A stretch of DNA of 38,229 nt from Desulfobacterales bacterium (GTDB lineage Bacteria; Desulfobacterota; Desulfobacteria; Desulfobacterales; Desulfobacteraceae), in contig JAHOYS010000164.1 in the NCBI GenBank assembly GCA_019038815.1, positions 1 through 38,229 of the forward strand, written 5' to 3'. The notes under the pieces were generated by a model, which made no database searches, was not told where the DNA came from, and worked only from the letters and a program-made list of their open reading frames with translations. A program made the position numbers and the translations under genes. This document shows, piece after piece, positions 7,130-17,506 of the stretch. The first letter of the stretch is position 1, and every line of letters starts with the position of its first letter.

Positions 7130-9751
7130 ATGACAGGCAATGAGGCCAGAAAGATTTTTATCGAGTATTTTAAAAAACACAATCATCACCAGGTAAGATC
7201 TTCTTCCCTGGTGCCTCAGGATGACCCGACGCTTTTGTTTGTGAATTCCGGAATGGTCCAGTTTAAACGTGTATTCACAGGAGATGAAAAAAGGGATTAT
7301 TTAACTGCGGTAACCTCGCAAAAATGTGTCAGGGCCGGTGGAAAACATAATGATCTTGAAAATGTCGGGTATACGGCAAGGCATCATACTTTTTTTGAAA
7401 TGCTGGGTAATTTTTCATTTGGTAATTATTTCAAGGAAGAAGCCATTGATTTTGCCTGGGACCTTCTGACCAACGGCTACGGGTTTGACAAGGATAAACT
7501 CTGGGTGTCTGTTTATCTTGATGACGATGAGGCCTTTGACCTTTGGCAGAAAGTAGCGGGTGTTCCTCCGGAAAGAATTGTGCGGCTTGGAGAAGAGGAT
7601 AACTTCTGGTCCATGGGAGACACAGGGCCCTGCGGTCCATGCAGTGAAATCCATATTGACCGCGGTGTGGAATTCGGCTGTGACAATGAAAATTGTGCTG
7701 TGGGATGTGACTGTGACCGGTGGCTGGAATTATGGAATCTTGTGTTCATGCAGTTTGAAAAAGATGAACAGGGCAATATGACACCATTGCCAAAACCAAG
7801 CATTGATACGGGCCTGGGACTTGAACGGGTGATTTCTGTTCTTCAGGATGTTCCCACCAATTTTGATACCGATCTTTTTGTACCGATCATGGAAAGAGTA
7901 GGAGAGCTTGCCGGTAAAAAACGCCATGAGTCTGACCTGGTTGAAGTGGCAATGAAAGTCATTGCCGATCATTCAAGGGCATCTGCCTTTTTGATTTGTG
8001 ACGGGGTGCTGCCGTCCAATGAAGGACGCGGGTATGTATTGCGCCGCATCATGCGGCGGGCCATCAGGTATGGAAGAAGTATCGGACTTGTCAAACCTTT
8101 CATGCATAATACGGTTCAGACGGTTTTTACGATTATGGATGAGGCCTACCCCGAGCTCAAAGACTCTTCTGCATTTATTTTGAATGTAGTGAAGAATGAA
8201 GAGGAAAAGTTTCTTGAAACCCTTGATACCGGAATGAAACTTTTAGAAGCCACGATTGATGATATAGCCTCACAAAACGGGTCCATGATCCCCGGGGATG
8301 TGATTTTCAAGCTCTATGATACCTTTGGGTTCCCAGTGGACATCATTGCCGATCATGTCAAAGAGATGGATATTGATCTTGATATAGACGGGTTTGAAAG
8401 GAATATGGCAGAACAAAAGAAAAGATCCAGGTCCACTAAAAATTTTGCAGGCGTAGGTGTTGCCTACAAAACCCTGACATCAAAAGGGATAAAAACTTTT
8501 TTTGAAGGCTATGACAGTATTGAAGGAAGTTCTGATGTGCTTATCATTGTCCAGAATGATAAGGAAATTGAAACGGCTAAACAGGGCGATACCATAGAAA
8601 TTGTAACGGCTTCAACCGTATTTTATGCAGAATCCGGTGGACAGGCTGGGGATGCAGGAACCCTTGAAAATGAAACTTGTGTCATCAACATCACTGATAC
8701 AATGAAAGATCCAACCGGGATTGTTATCCATAAAGGTGTGGTCAAAAAAGGTGAGGCTAAAAAAGGGGATTCATTTACACTCAAGTTGGATGCCGGGAAA
8801 AGACAAAATACTGCTGTGAACCATACGGCCACCCATATCCTTCACTCAGCCTTGAGAAAAGTCCTGGGGGATCATATTAAGCAAGCCGGTTCCCTTGTGA
8901 CAGACATAAGATTAAGATTTGATTTTACTCACTTTTCATCTATTTCCACCCAGGATATTCAGGCCATAGAGAACGAAGTCAATTTAAAGATTCGTGAAAA
9001 TCATCCAGTTGAAACACAAGAGATGACCATGGATGAGGCGGTTAAGAAAGGTGCCACTGCACTTTTTGAAGAAAAATATGGGGATGTGGTAAGGGTTGTA
9101 TCCCAGGGGTCTTTCTCCCGGGAGCTTTGCGGGGGAACCCATACAAAACTATCCGGTGATATCGGGCTGTTTAAAATTTTGTCGGAAGGCGGGATTGCAT
9201 CCGGGGTTCGAAGAATCGAAGCTGTAACCGGCCAGACAGCTCTTGACACCGTTCACAAGGATCAGTCTCTGATTGACTCTGCAGCAGATAGGTTAAAAGG
9301 GGCAAAAGAGGATGTGGTATCAAAGATTGATGTGGTGTTAAAAGACAAGAAAAATCTTGAAAAAAAACTTGAAGCCTTAAAAGCAAAACTGGCGTCAAAA
9401 TCTGTTGAAAACATTGATGATGCCGTAAAACAAATCAACGGTGTCAAAGTGATTTCAAAGCGGGTGGAGATTGAAAACCCCTCCCAGTTAAGAGATCTGG
9501 CTGATAAATTCAAGACAAAAATAGGATCCGGAGTCATCCTTCTTGGCGCCCGGTCCGGCGGGAAAGCCTTATTGATTTCTATTGTGACTAAGGATTTGAC
9601 AAAAGACTATAAAGCAGGTGATATTGTAAAGGCAGCGGCTAAAATAGTTGGCGGCGGCGGTGGCGGCCGTCCTGATATGGCCCAGGCCGGTGGCACAAAA
9701 CCTGAAAATCTTGACAAGGCACTTGAATCAGTATTTGAAACAATGTCATGA
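7130..9751 (+). CDS. alaS: alanine--tRNA ligase
   Basis: DPTLLFVNSGM.QFK, RHHTFFEMLGNFSFG, HTATHILH, ELCGGTH editing motif, GGGGGRPDMAQAGG. Confidence 0.99.
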   Translation: MTGNEARKIFIEYFKKHNHHQVRSSSLVPQDDPTLLFVNSGMVQFKRVFTGDEKRDYLTAVTSQKCVRAGGKHNDLENVGYTARHHTFFEMLGNFSFGNYFKEEAIDFAWDLLTNGYGFDKDKLWVSVYLDDDEAFDLWQKVAGVPPERIVRLGEEDNFWSMGDTGPCGPCSEIHIDRGVEFGCDNENCAVGCDCDRWLELWNLVFMQFEKDEQGNMTPLPKPSIDTGLGLERVISVLQDVPTNFDTDLFVPIMERVGELAGKKRHESDLVEVAMKVIADHSRASAFLICDGVLPSNEGRGYVLRRIMRRAIRYGRSIGLVKPFMHNTVQTVFTIMDEAYPELKDSSAFILNVVKNEEEKFLETLDTGMKLLEATIDDIASQNGSMIPGDVIFKLYDTFGFPVDIIADHVKEMDIDLDIDGFERNMAEQKKRSRSTKNFAGVGVAYKTLTSKGIKTFFEGYDSIEGSSDVLIIVQNDKEIETAKQGDTIEIVTASTVFYAESGGQAGDAGTLENETCVINITDTMKDPTGIVIHKGVVKKGEAKKGDSFTLKLDAGKRQNTAVNHTATHILHSALRKVLGDHIKQAGSLVTDIRLRFDFTHFSSISTQDIQAIENEVNLKIRENHPVETQEMTMDEAVKKGATALFEEKYGDVVRVVSQGSFSRELCGGTHTKLSGDIGLFKILSEGGIASGVRRIEAVTGQTALDTVHKDQSLIDSAADRLKGAKEDVVSKIDVVLKDKKNLEKKLEALKAKLASKSVENIDDAVKQINGVKVISKRVEIENPSQLRDLADKFKTKIGSGVILLGARSGGKALLISIVTKDLTKDYKAGDIVKAAAKIVGGGGGGRPDMAQAGGTKPENLDKALESVFETMS

Positions 9752-10782
9752 CCGCATATTTCATAAGACGATTGCTTTTAGTGATACCGACATTTATCGG
9801 TATCACTATTATGGTTTTTACCATCACTCGTTTTGTTCCCGGAGGCCCCATTGAAAGGATCATTGCCGATACAAGGGCCATGCAGACAGGCCACGGCGGA
9901 TCAGGCTCATCTTCCATGTCAGGCCCGGGCAGCGAGCAACCCCTTTCCCAGGAACAAATTCAAAAATTAAAAGAATACTACGGATTTGATAAGCCTGTAT
10001 TAACCAGCTATTTTATCTGGCTTGGCAAAGTGCTGAGAGGAAATCTTGGTCAATCCACACGATATTATGATCCGGTCTGGGATATGATAAGAGAACGAAT
10101 TCCCATTTCTCTTTATTTTGGTATCTTAAGTCTGATCATGATTTACGGGGTCTGTATTCCCCTTGGTGTTGCAAAGGCTATCCGGCATAGAACCGGATTT
10201 GATAATATCACATCAGCTATTATTTTTACAGGTTATGCTATTCCCGGATGGGTGGCAGGCGTATTCATGCTGGTTTTATTTGCATCGAATTTCGATGTGT
10301 TTCCTTTGGGAGGGCTTGTATCAGAATTGTTTGAAGAGATGACTTTGTTTGAAAAAATCATGGACATTGCCTGGCATACGGTTTTACCCCTGCTTTCCTA
10401 TGTCATAGGTTCTTTTACCGTGATGACGCTTTTGATGAAAAACACCTTGATGGATAATCTGTCTTCCGATTATGTCAGAACTGCCATTGCCAAAGGGCTG
10501 CCCTTTAAAAAAGCTGTACTGAATCATGCTATGCAAAACAGCCTGATCCCTTTAGCCACCAGCTTTGGGAATAATATCTCCATCCTTTTAATGGGATCAT
10601 TTTTGATTGAAAAAGTATTCAATATCAACGGTATGGGCCTTTTAGGATATGAATCCATCCTTGACCGGGACTATCCGGTGGTGATGGGTATCCTTGTTAT
10701 CTCCTCTCTCTTGTTCATGATTGGCAATATCCTGTCCGATTTATGTGTTGCACTTGTCGATCCCAGGGTGAGGTTTAAATGA
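9748..10782 (+). CDS. peptide/nickel ABC transporter permease (YejB/OppB/DppB-like)
   Basis: RRLLLVIPT, YGFDKP, DYVRTAIAKGL (EAA loop), RDYPVV, DPRV; ATGA overlap with alaS. Confidence 0.9.
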   Translation: MTAYFIRRLLLVIPTFIGITIMVFTITRFVPGGPIERIIADTRAMQTGHGGSGSSSMSGPGSEQPLSQEQIQKLKEYYGFDKPVLTSYFIWLGKVLRGNLGQSTRYYDPVWDMIRERIPISLYFGILSLIMIYGVCIPLGVAKAIRHRTGFDNITSAIIFTGYAIPGWVAGVFMLVLFASNFDVFPLGGLVSELFEEMTLFEKIMDIAWHTVLPLLSYVIGSFTVMTLLMKNTLMDNLSSDYVRTAIAKGLPFKKAVLNHAMQNSLIPLATSFGNNISILLMGSFLIEKVFNINGMGLLGYESILDRDYPVVMGILVISSLLFMIGNILSDLCVALVDPRVRFK

Positions 10783-11819
10783 TATCCTTAAATCCTGTCA
10801 CAATAAAAAAAATCAGACGATTTCGATCTATTAAAAGAGGATTCTGGTCTTTTATTATTTTGCTTGCCATGATCTTTGTTTCATTTTTTGCCGAGATTTT
10901 TATCAATTCAAGGGCAGTGATGGTATATTATAATGGAAATTTTTATTTTCCAACCTATACAAACATGATCCCGGGCTCTGTGTTTAATCTTGGCTATGAG
11001 TATGAAACCAATTACAGGGACCTTAAAAAGAAGTTTGAGACATCATCCAATTTTGTCATTCTGCCTCCGGTTCCCTATAACCCTTATGAGAATGATTTAA
11101 AACTCAATTCGTATCCGCCGTTTCCCCCCTCATTTAAAGAAAAGCACTTTTTGGGAACCGACAATGTCGGCAGAGATATTCTTGCGCGCCTTGTCTACGG
11201 GTTCAGGACCGCCATTGTTTTTTCTTTTGTCCTTTTGATCATGAATTATAGCATTGGCATTACCATTGGCTGTTCCATGGGATATTTTGGAGGAAAATTT
11301 GATTTGATCTTCCAGCGGATTATTGAAATCTGGAATAATGTTCCATTTTTGTATGTGATCATTATCATCGCCTCCATTGTGATTCCCAATTTCATGATTT
11401 TGCTTTTAATCATGGCGTTTTTCGGGTGGATCGGCATTACCTGGGTTATGCGAACCATGACTTATAAAGAAAAAGAAAGGGAATATATCCTGGCGGTGCG
11501 GTCTCTTGGAGCATCCCATGCAAGAATCATATTCAAACACATTATTCCCAACACCATTTCCGTGATTGTGACCTATGCTCCCTTTGCCATTTCAGGGGGA
11601 ATAGTTGCTTTAACATCCCTTGATTATCTAGGGTTCGGGTTGCCGGCTCCCACACCTTCCTGGGGAGAATTGCTGTCCCAGGGCTGGCAGAATATGGAGG
11701 CCTGGTGGATTGTTTCTTCTGTTGTAGCAGCCCTTGTAACAACCCTTATGACCGTCACCTTTATCGGTGAGGGCATAAGAGAAGCCTTTGACCCGAAACT
11801 GCACACTGTTTATGAATAA
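10779..11819 (+). CDS. peptide/nickel ABC transporter permease (YejE/OppC/DppC-like)
   Basis: HFLGTDNVGRDILARL.YG, EYILAVRSLGAS, LDYLGFG.P.PTPSWG, GEGIREAFDP. Confidence 0.9.
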   Translation: MISLNPVTIKKIRRFRSIKRGFWSFIILLAMIFVSFFAEIFINSRAVMVYYNGNFYFPTYTNMIPGSVFNLGYEYETNYRDLKKKFETSSNFVILPPVPYNPYENDLKLNSYPPFPPSFKEKHFLGTDNVGRDILARLVYGFRTAIVFSFVLLIMNYSIGITIGCSMGYFGGKFDLIFQRIIEIWNNVPFLYVIIIIASIVIPNFMILLLIMAFFGWIGITWVMRTMTYKEKEREYILAVRSLGASHARIIFKHIIPNTISVIVTYAPFAISGGIVALTSLDYLGFGLPAPTPSWGELLSQGWQNMEAWWIVSSVVAALVTTLMTVTFIGEGIREAFDPKLHTVYE

Positions 11820-11826
11820 AAATAAA

Positions 11827-12684
11827 TTAATAAATTTTCCGTCTGGAAAAGCCTTTTCCAAGCACATTAAAGGTGTTTTCAGTAATTAAGAATGCATCCG
11901 GATCAATGGTAAATGCGATTTCCTCGATTCTTTTGATCTGGAACGTATTGACAACCGTCAGGATGACCTCTTTTTCCCTGCCACTGTAGGCACCTTCGCC
12001 TTTTAGAAAGGTTGAACCCCGTTTAAGTTTTTTCATAATTTCATCTGTAATCTTTCTGGGATTATTTGAAATAATAAAAATCATTTTTCTCTGGTTAAAC
12101 AAGGTTATGAAATATTCAATTACCTGGGAGGTGATATAACTCATGGCCATTGAATATAAAATTAAATCCGTATCAAGAGTTCCAAAAGAAAAAAGGAATA
12201 AGACAAAATTAAAACCAAAGTTATATGTCCCGATGCGAATGCCTAATTTCTGGTTTAAAATGATCGAGATAATGTCATTGCCGCCTGCAGATCCCAGGGA
12301 ACGAAAGATAATTCCGGCACCGGCACCTATAATGGTTCCGCCGGCAAGACTTGCTAACACCAGGTCCTTGACAGGGATTTCAAACCAGATGAAATCCATA
12401 ACCAAAGTTAAAACAATGGCACCGTAAAGGCTGTAGAACAAAAAGCGTCTGCTGATAAAGAGCCACCCGAGAATAAACACAGGAATATTTAAAATAAAAT
12501 ACCAGATACCCGGTGTAAAAGACTTTGTATAGTAAAAAAGCAGGATTCCTGCACCGGAAAATCCGCCTGTAATCATGCCATGAGGAATGACAATGGCTTT
12601 GAGCCCGATGCCGACAATAAGACTTCCCATGGTGATCAAAAAAAGATTCCAGGGGATCGAATAGGTTATAGCTTGAAATTTCAT
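11827..12684 (-). CDS. YitT family membrane protein
   Basis: ITGGFSG, LNIP, GSAGGNDI, C-terminal domain RGSTFLKGEGAYSG...IDPDAF...VLGKGF. Confidence 0.9.
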   Translation of the reverse strand: MKFQAITYSIPWNLFLITMGSLIVGIGLKAIVIPHGMITGGFSGAGILLFYYTKSFTPGIWYFILNIPVFILGWLFISRRFLFYSLYGAIVLTLVMDFIWFEIPVKDLVLASLAGGTIIGAGAGIIFRSLGSAGGNDIISIILNQKLGIRIGTYNFGFNFVLFLFSFGTLDTDLILYSMAMSYITSQVIEYFITLFNQRKMIFIISNNPRKITDEIMKKLKRGSTFLKGEGAYSGREKEVILTVVNTFQIKRIEEIAFTIDPDAFLITENTFNVLGKGFSRRKIY

Positions 12685-12782
12685 AGGTTCACCTTTGTTT
12701 TTTGAAAAGGGTGCTGATAATATATAATTGATATTAAAGCAATCTTTTTTTTAAAGCGAATAAAAATAATAAAATTTAAATT

Positions 12783-12811
12783 TTGACAGACATTAGATAA
12801 AACGATAAACT
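12783..12811 (+). promoter_or_regulatory. sigma-70-type promoter of the oxidoreductase operon
   Basis: TTGACA (12783-12788), 17 nt, TAAACT (12806-12811). Confidence 0.6.
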
Positions 12812-12877
12812 CTTTTTTTATCCCAGCATTATCAGGATCGCATTTTTTCTTTAATTTTATGAATAGCGGGGCACACA

Positions 12878-14632
12878 TTGAAAAAAAATGATCTTTATTC
12901 CAAAGAAGAAACATTCTTTCAAAGTAAAAATAAAATTTATTCTGCCCAGTCTGTAAAACAGATTGTCTACTCAACCGATATCAGGGATTTTGGCCAGGTT
13001 GCCAAAAGTATCCCCTGCCAGGATGCCTGTCCTGCCAAAACCAATATTCCGGGATATATCAGGGCGGTTTTCGAAAAAAGATATGGAAGAGCCTATGAAT
13101 TAAACCGCAGCGCCAATATCCTGCCCGGTGTTTTAGGGCGTATCTGTGCCAGGCCCTGCGAATCCTCCTGTCGCCATGGGGAAACTGACAATGGGCAAAG
13201 TGTTGGTATCTGTCATTTAAAACGCTCCTGCGCAGACTTAAAGCCTTCTTCCCACAGGATCATTGAAGGGCTTTATACTCCTACAGAAAAAAAAGTTGCC
13301 GTTATCGGTTCAGGACCGGCCGGTTTGGCAGCCGCACATGATCTTTCCATTCTGGGACATAAAGTTGTGATTTTCGAAGGGATGGATAAACCTGGAGGTA
13401 TGCTGATGTATGGAATTCCTGAGTTCAGGCTGCCCCGGGATCTCTTGATGCTTGAAATTCAAAATATTCTCAGGCTGGGAATTCAACTGAAAACAAATAC
13501 AGCTATTGGTTCCGATATTTCTTTTGCCCAGCTGAAAAAAGAATATGATGCCGTGGTCGTGGCAACCGGATGTGTCAGTCCGAGAAAATTTGATATTCCA
13601 GGGGGAAATCTTGAAAATGTCTACAACGGTCTTGATTTCATGAAAGCGGTCAATGAAGGTGAAAATCCCTTTGTCGGGGACAAGGTGATCGTTATCGGAG
13701 CAGGATTTACAGCAGTTGACTGTGCAAGATCTGCCATAAGGCTGGGTGCTTTGGATGTCAGTATTAATATTCGAAAAACGATTGAATATATGCGAATTGA
13801 TGAGACTGAAAAGTATGAAGCCCAATTTGAAGGTATCAAGACCTATAGTCTTATTCAGCCGTCAAGAATTATCGAGGATAACAATAAAGTCACGGGTATT
13901 GAATTCCAGCGAACCAGAATGGAAAAAATCGACAAGCCGCCATATAGAGTTTCAATTCCCATAGAGAATTCGCAATTTTCAGTTCCGACAGATTCAGTTA
14001 TTGCAGCACTGGGCCAGTCCCCTGACATGAGTATTATATCAAAAAAACCTGATGGAATGGATGGGGTTTTTGCAGCAGGGGATTTTGTGACAGGGTCTTC
14101 CGATGTTATTTCAGCCATTGCCGGTGGCAGGAAGTGTGCAGGGAAAATTGACGAATATCTGGTCGGCAAAAAGAGAAAACGGACCGTAGTAAGGCTTGAA
14201 AATCATGCTACAACGGATAGACAAAGATCCTATGATTTTATAGGCAAGGTTGTGATGAATACCATTGATATGGAAAAAAGACTTTCCAAATCAACACGTG
14301 AAGTGGAAACAGGGTATAATGAAGATCAGACACATGAAGAAGCTAAAAGGTGTTATTTGTGTAACCTGAAATACGAGATTGATCCTTTGGTCTGTATCTA
14401 TTGTTCAGCATGTATTGATGTGGCACCAAAAGATTGTATTAAAATGATTGGAAATATTCCCGTGAATCCGGATGGAACCTATGGAATATATGAAGAAACA
14501 GACGATTGGAACCAAGTCTTATCTATCGCTATTGATAATGCCGAATGTATCCGTTGCGGACAATGCCTGGCTGTTTGTCCCATGGATTGTATCAGTGTCA
14601 CAAAAACAGAACTTATTGAAATTGATACTTAG
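12878..14632 (+). CDS. GltD/SudA-like Fe-S flavoprotein with C-terminal ferredoxin domain (KorC-like NAD(P):ferredoxin oxidoreductase)
   Basis: PCQDACP, LGRICARPCESSC, GSGPAGL, YGIPEFRLP, GAGFTAVD, AAGD; C-terminal RCYLC, CIYCSAC and CIRCGQCLAVCP. TTG start is uncertain. Confidence 0.85.
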   Translation: MKKNDLYSKEETFFQSKNKIYSAQSVKQIVYSTDIRDFGQVAKSIPCQDACPAKTNIPGYIRAVFEKRYGRAYELNRSANILPGVLGRICARPCESSCRHGETDNGQSVGICHLKRSCADLKPSSHRIIEGLYTPTEKKVAVIGSGPAGLAAAHDLSILGHKVVIFEGMDKPGGMLMYGIPEFRLPRDLLMLEIQNILRLGIQLKTNTAIGSDISFAQLKKEYDAVVVATGCVSPRKFDIPGGNLENVYNGLDFMKAVNEGENPFVGDKVIVIGAGFTAVDCARSAIRLGALDVSINIRKTIEYMRIDETEKYEAQFEGIKTYSLIQPSRIIEDNNKVTGIEFQRTRMEKIDKPPYRVSIPIENSQFSVPTDSVIAALGQSPDMSIISKKPDGMDGVFAAGDFVTGSSDVISAIAGGRKCAGKIDEYLVGKKRKRTVVRLENHATTDRQRSYDFIGKVVMNTIDMEKRLSKSTREVETGYNEDQTHEEAKRCYLCNLKYEIDPLVCIYCSACIDVAPKDCIKMIGNIPVNPDGTYGIYEETDDWNQVLSIAIDNAECIRCGQCLAVCPMDCISVTKTELIEIDT

Positions 14633-14717
14633 TGTCTGATCTAAAATTTGAAAATTTTGAAAGCATAAGCTCCACCGCAAGCCGGGTACAAGGCAAACGA
14701 TAATTTTAACCGGAGGA

Positions 14718-15749
14718 ATGATGCCTGAAAACGATCATTATGTCATAATAGGAAATGGACCTGCTGGAAATCATGCAGCAGCAACTTTAAGGCAAAAGGA
14801 TAAAGATGCAAAAATCACCATCATATCCGATGAGTGTGTTCCCTATTATTATAAGCCCAGATTGACAGATTTTATTGCCGGTGAGATAGCCAAAGAAGAC
14901 CTCATGGTAAATTTTCAGGATGTAAAAGATATCCGGATTCGATGTGGTCAGGCGGTTAAGCGAATCGATCCTGATTCAAAACTGCTGTTTTTACAGCATA
15001 TGGAAAAAATTGAATTTTCAAAACTCATCATTGCATCTGGAAGCCGTGCAAGGGTGCTGCCCACGATGTCGGGCTATGCAGATCATTTAAAATTTGTCAC
15101 TTCCTATACAGATGTCATGGAATATAAGGAAGAGATTCGAAAAGCAGAAAATTTTTTTATTTTCGGCGGTGATCTTGTAGGATTTAAATTTTTTAAAATG
15201 CTGAATTCCATGGATAAAACCGTGACCATTATGATTGATCCCGATGCATTCTGGCCTTATCGTTTGACCCGCGACATGCTGGAGCAGATAAGTGAAAATC
15301 TTTTAAAATTTAATACAGAAATCATTGTTAAAGATGAAGTCTTAAGCATTGATAGGCAAAATGGATCATACAGGGTAAAGACCCGAAAGGGGATTGAAAA
15401 AAATGTCGATATGGTGCTCTCTTTTAACGGGTTGAATCCCAATATTGAATTTGCAAAAGGATCGGGTATAGATATTGATTATGGTATCCTGGTCGATGAG
15501 TATTTAAAGACAAATGTTGACGGCATCTATGCCTGTGGATCATGCGCCCAGATTTATAATCAGGCTATAAAAAGTTATACAACATCCATTGGATGGCCCA
15601 ATGCCGTGGTCCAGGGAGAAGTGGCAGCCCTTAATCTTTTGGGAGATCATAAAATCATAGAATCTGTCGGCCAAAAATATTTTGATCTGGAAGGCGTGAA
15701 AATCAAGACCACCTGGTGGGAAGATATTAATGAGGATAATGATGCATGA
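14718..15749 (+). CDS. NAD(P)/FAD-dependent oxidoreductase (rubredoxin reductase/NirB N-terminal-like)
   Basis: IIGNGPAG FAD-binding motif, LIIASGS, GILVDEYLKT...IYACG, A..QG..AA.N; GGAGG RBS. Confidence 0.85.
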   Translation: MMPENDHYVIIGNGPAGNHAAATLRQKDKDAKITIISDECVPYYYKPRLTDFIAGEIAKEDLMVNFQDVKDIRIRCGQAVKRIDPDSKLLFLQHMEKIEFSKLIIASGSRARVLPTMSGYADHLKFVTSYTDVMEYKEEIRKAENFFIFGGDLVGFKFFKMLNSMDKTVTIMIDPDAFWPYRLTRDMLEQISENLLKFNTEIIVKDEVLSIDRQNGSYRVKTRKGIEKNVDMVLSFNGLNPNIEFAKGSGIDIDYGILVDEYLKTNVDGIYACGSCAQIYNQAIKSYTTSIGWPNAVVQGEVAALNLLGDHKIIESVGQKYFDLEGVKIKTTWWEDINEDNDA

Positions 15750-17506
15750 AAGATATTAATATAGTTATTGAAATTTGCGGCAGTGCTGGAGAGGGAACTA
15801 TTTCTGCCGGAGAAATAACAAGTCGATTTATGAGCAGTCAGGGATTTGAAATCATGTCTTTTGACTCATATCCGGCAGAAATCAGGGGGTTTGGGAAATG
15901 TGTGGCCCACACAAGAATCAGTTCCAGACAAATTTATTCTCCGGGAAAGCTTGCTGATGTTTTGATTGCCCTGAACGATAAACACGCCATATCCCAGCTG
16001 TCCACTTTAAAGGAAAACGGCATATTGATCTATGACAGCCAACCGGCAAGACCCCACAAAGAAGACGAAAGTGTAGCAGGGTGGGCAAAACCCGGTATGA
16101 TTTCCTATGGAATACCTTTGAATATGCTGGCCCATAAAGCTTCAGGAAATGCCAGGGGAATGAATATGGTTGCCTTAGGTGCTTTGGCAGCCCTTTTTTA
16201 TGTGGATAAATCCCCCTTTACCGATTCCATAAAAACAAGGTATGCAAAAAAGAAACAGATCGTGATTGATTCCAATGTGAATTCTTTTCTGGAAGGATAT
16301 AACTGGACAAAAGAGAATATTAAAAAAATTGATCCGCATTCTTTTAAAGACATAACCCTGCCCAAACCAAAAGAGAAACTTATTATCAACGGCAATCAAC
16401 TGGTTGCTCGGGCAGCTTTGGATGCCGATCTTTCGTTTTATGCAGGATACCCCATAACCCCGGCGACAAAAATCATGGAAATATTGAGCAGGGAACTGCC
16501 AAAGCATGGGGGAGTCCTGTTGCAGACAGAAGATGAAATATCAGCCATCGGTGCTGTCATTGGTGCAGGTTTTGGTGGGAAGCGCGCCATGACAGCGACA
16601 TCCGGCCCGGGGTTCGCCCTGATGACGGAATTTACAGGGCTGTCTGTCATGGCAGAGGTGCCTGCAGTGATTATCAACTCACAAAGGGCTGGCCCTTCCA
16701 CAGGTATACCTACCAAAACAGAGCAAAGCGATTTTAACAGTGCAGTGTTGGGAGGGACAGGTGACTGCCCGAGGATTGTCCTTGCACCCGCTGATACAAA
16801 ATCCTGCTATGAGGCGACGGTTCTGGCTCTTTATCTTGCTGAAAAATATCAGACTCTTGTGGTGGTGCTGCTCGATTTTTTTCTGTCCAACAGTATCAGG
16901 AATATTAATATTCCGGAAAAGCCTTCTTCAGAATATCTTGATGCCAATATTGCACCGGATAAAAATGATTTTAAAGATTACCAGAGATATAAGATTACAA
17001 AAAACGGTATTTCACCACGGGCCATTCCAGGAACACCCGGCGGCATGTTCTTTTCAACCGGGCTTGAACATGATGCATATGGCAGGCCAAACTACTCTGA
17101 GGCCGGTCATACGGCAATGACCCAAAAGCGATTTGCCAAATTCAACACGGTTCTAACAGAAGCACCTGCGCCTGAAATATCGGCAAATGACAGGGATGAG
17201 TTTGACATTGGTGTCATTTCCTGGGGGTCATCTGCAGGGGCAGCTCACGAGGCTGTCATGTCTGCTCAAAAGGAAGGGATCAATGCTTCCTCTTTCAGCT
17301 CCATGATGTTATCGCCTTTTCCTGAAAAAGCCCTGATTGACTTTTCAGATAAATGTAAAAAAATTCTTATTCCGGAACTGAATTTTTCAGGGCAATTTGC
17401 CGGTTTTGCAACCCGGATATTAAAAAGATCTGTTGAGAGACTCAATTTTATCACCGGCCGCCCCATGGCCTCAGAGGATATTCTTCAAAAGATGAGGGAA
17501 ATGTAA
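15746..17506 (+). CDS. 2-oxoacid:ferredoxin oxidoreductase, fused gamma-alpha subunit
   Basis: G.AGEG, YPAEIRG, AGYPITPA, EDEISA, TATSGPG, QRAGPSTG.PT..EQSD, TGLEH; substrate specificity cannot be assigned by eye. Confidence 0.93.
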   Translation: MKDINIVIEICGSAGEGTISAGEITSRFMSSQGFEIMSFDSYPAEIRGFGKCVAHTRISSRQIYSPGKLADVLIALNDKHAISQLSTLKENGILIYDSQPARPHKEDESVAGWAKPGMISYGIPLNMLAHKASGNARGMNMVALGALAALFYVDKSPFTDSIKTRYAKKKQIVIDSNVNSFLEGYNWTKENIKKIDPHSFKDITLPKPKEKLIINGNQLVARAALDADLSFYAGYPITPATKIMEILSRELPKHGGVLLQTEDEISAIGAVIGAGFGGKRAMTATSGPGFALMTEFTGLSVMAEVPAVIINSQRAGPSTGIPTKTEQSDFNSAVLGGTGDCPRIVLAPADTKSCYEATVLALYLAEKYQTLVVVLLDFFLSNSIRNINIPEKPSSEYLDANIAPDKNDFKDYQRYKITKNGISPRAIPGTPGGMFFSTGLEHDAYGRPNYSEAGHTAMTQKRFAKFNTVLTEAPAPEISANDRDEFDIGVISWGSSAGAAHEAVMSAQKEGINASSFSSMMLSPFPEKALIDFSDKCKKILIPELNFSGQFAGFATRILKRSVERLNFITGRPMASEDILQKMREM

